Source: Lepidodermella squamata (Eukaryota; Animalia; Gastrotricha). From it: 64,000 nt of DNA. A program made the position numbers and the translations under genes. The notes beneath the pieces are model-generated. The model saw nothing but the letters and a program-made list of their open reading frames with translations, had not been told where the DNA came from and searched no databases. The DNA is taken from assembly GCA_047495785.1 (NCBI GenBank), contig JBLDXI010000004.1, forward strand, positions 1,302,001-1,366,000. The letters are read 5' to 3'. How positions within the stretch are numbered: position 1 is the stretch's first letter; the number at the start of each line of letters is the position of its first letter. Below, piece by piece: positions 63,006-64,000 of the stretch.

Positions 63006-63307
63006 TCAAACGCCGATGTTCGGTAGTTTTCGGCATTTAACTCGGTTTGAGATCAACATTTCTCCGGATTTTTACTCGGAATCTCATCAAGTTGAACACT
63101 TCGATGGCTATTCTCATTTTCTGGCCAGGAGATGATAGCTTCGCCTGCGAAATTTAAGAGTTTCTAAGCCCTTTGTTTGCGTTTCTGTATGCTACTAGTG
63201 TTGGCGGTGCGGAAGCATACACCAGCAACTGACTTCTTTATTCATGAGTTCAAAATAAGAGTCATTTCATCATCGTCTTTCCTAATCTGAACCAGTATGT
63301 TTCAGCA

Positions 63308-63989
63308 TCACGGCAAACAAGATCCGCGTGACGAATGGCTGCCCGATGTCAACTGCAATTGAAACAAAAAACAGAATTTGAAATTTGAAAATTGTTGGCG
63401 ATCGAAATAGCACGACCTCATTGGCGGCGCATCCTGCTGATATTGGCCGGCAAATTTTAAACTTGTTCGTCGTTTTGTCCATGCAGCGAACGTGCGGCTG
63501 TAAAATTATAGTGAAACGTCACAGTTTCAATTAAAAATGGTGATATCAAATTTTCAAGAAATTTTCAGAAAAATGTGAATTTTCAAAAAATACCAAAAAT
63601 GTGAATTTTCAAAAAATTTCGAAAAAATGTGAATTATCAAACAATTTCTAAAAGAATTGAAATTTTCAAATAATCTCCAAAAATATATAAATTTTCAAAA
63701 TATTTAAAAAAGATCCAAAAAATTGAACTTCCAAAAAATTACCAAAAAATATTTGATTTTTCAAATAATTTCATAAAATATTAGAATTTTAAAATATTTC
63801 CAAAAATATTTAAATTTTCAAAATATCCCAAATAAAATGTTAAATTATTATTGTCTCGATATTGAGAAAATTGATTGATTCATTTTATATAAGTTGAAAA
63901 AAACGTTACTGGCGTTTTACCTGAGCCTCGCGGTTGCGGCACTCGTTGTGATTTTTGCGGAAGCTGTTCGAATTGCGAAAAACGTCACT
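63308..63989 (-). CDS. 3' end of a further Cys-module gene (copy 8; continues beyond the window)
   Basis: Exons SDVFRNSNSFRKNHNECRNREAQ | PHVRCMDKTTNKFKICRPISAGCAANE | LTSGSHSSRGSCLP* with phase-0 GT-AG introns. Confidence 0.75.
63545..63850. repeat. Degenerate ~23-bp AT-rich intronic minisatellite
   Basis: Repeats of AAAAATGTGAATTTTCAAAAAATT-like units. Confidence 0.7.
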
Positions 63990-64000
63990 CTGTTTGGGGA

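Overview
AT-rich eukaryotic (invertebrate metazoan, plausibly nematode or another ecdysozoan) DNA with very short GT-AG introns (~50-60 nt, often TTTCAG acceptors) and a dense, nested transposon load. Hand-splicing shows the window is dominated by a tandem family of secreted proteins built from an unrecognised ~40-55 aa four-cysteine module. The module occurs in three architectures. (i) Signal peptide + 6 modules + a hypervariable C-type lectin domain (CTLD): five lectin exons, in 2 apparently intact and 3 broken genes, plus a lectin-less fragment. (ii) Lectin-less, module-only proteins on the minus strand. (iii) A catalytically dead astacin-EGF-CUB-kringle protein that ends in three of the same modules. 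Mobile elements include a near-intact NOF/Mutator-like element with an AT-hook and OTU domain, a 5'-truncated LINE flanked by a 446-bp direct duplication, a piggyBac remnant, an internally deleted MULE that keeps a 424-aa ORF, pogo/RTE/R2-like fragments, a Penelope-like inverted element, and many hAT, Tc1-pogo, piggyBac and CMC MITEs. All gene models were read by eye; no database searches were run.
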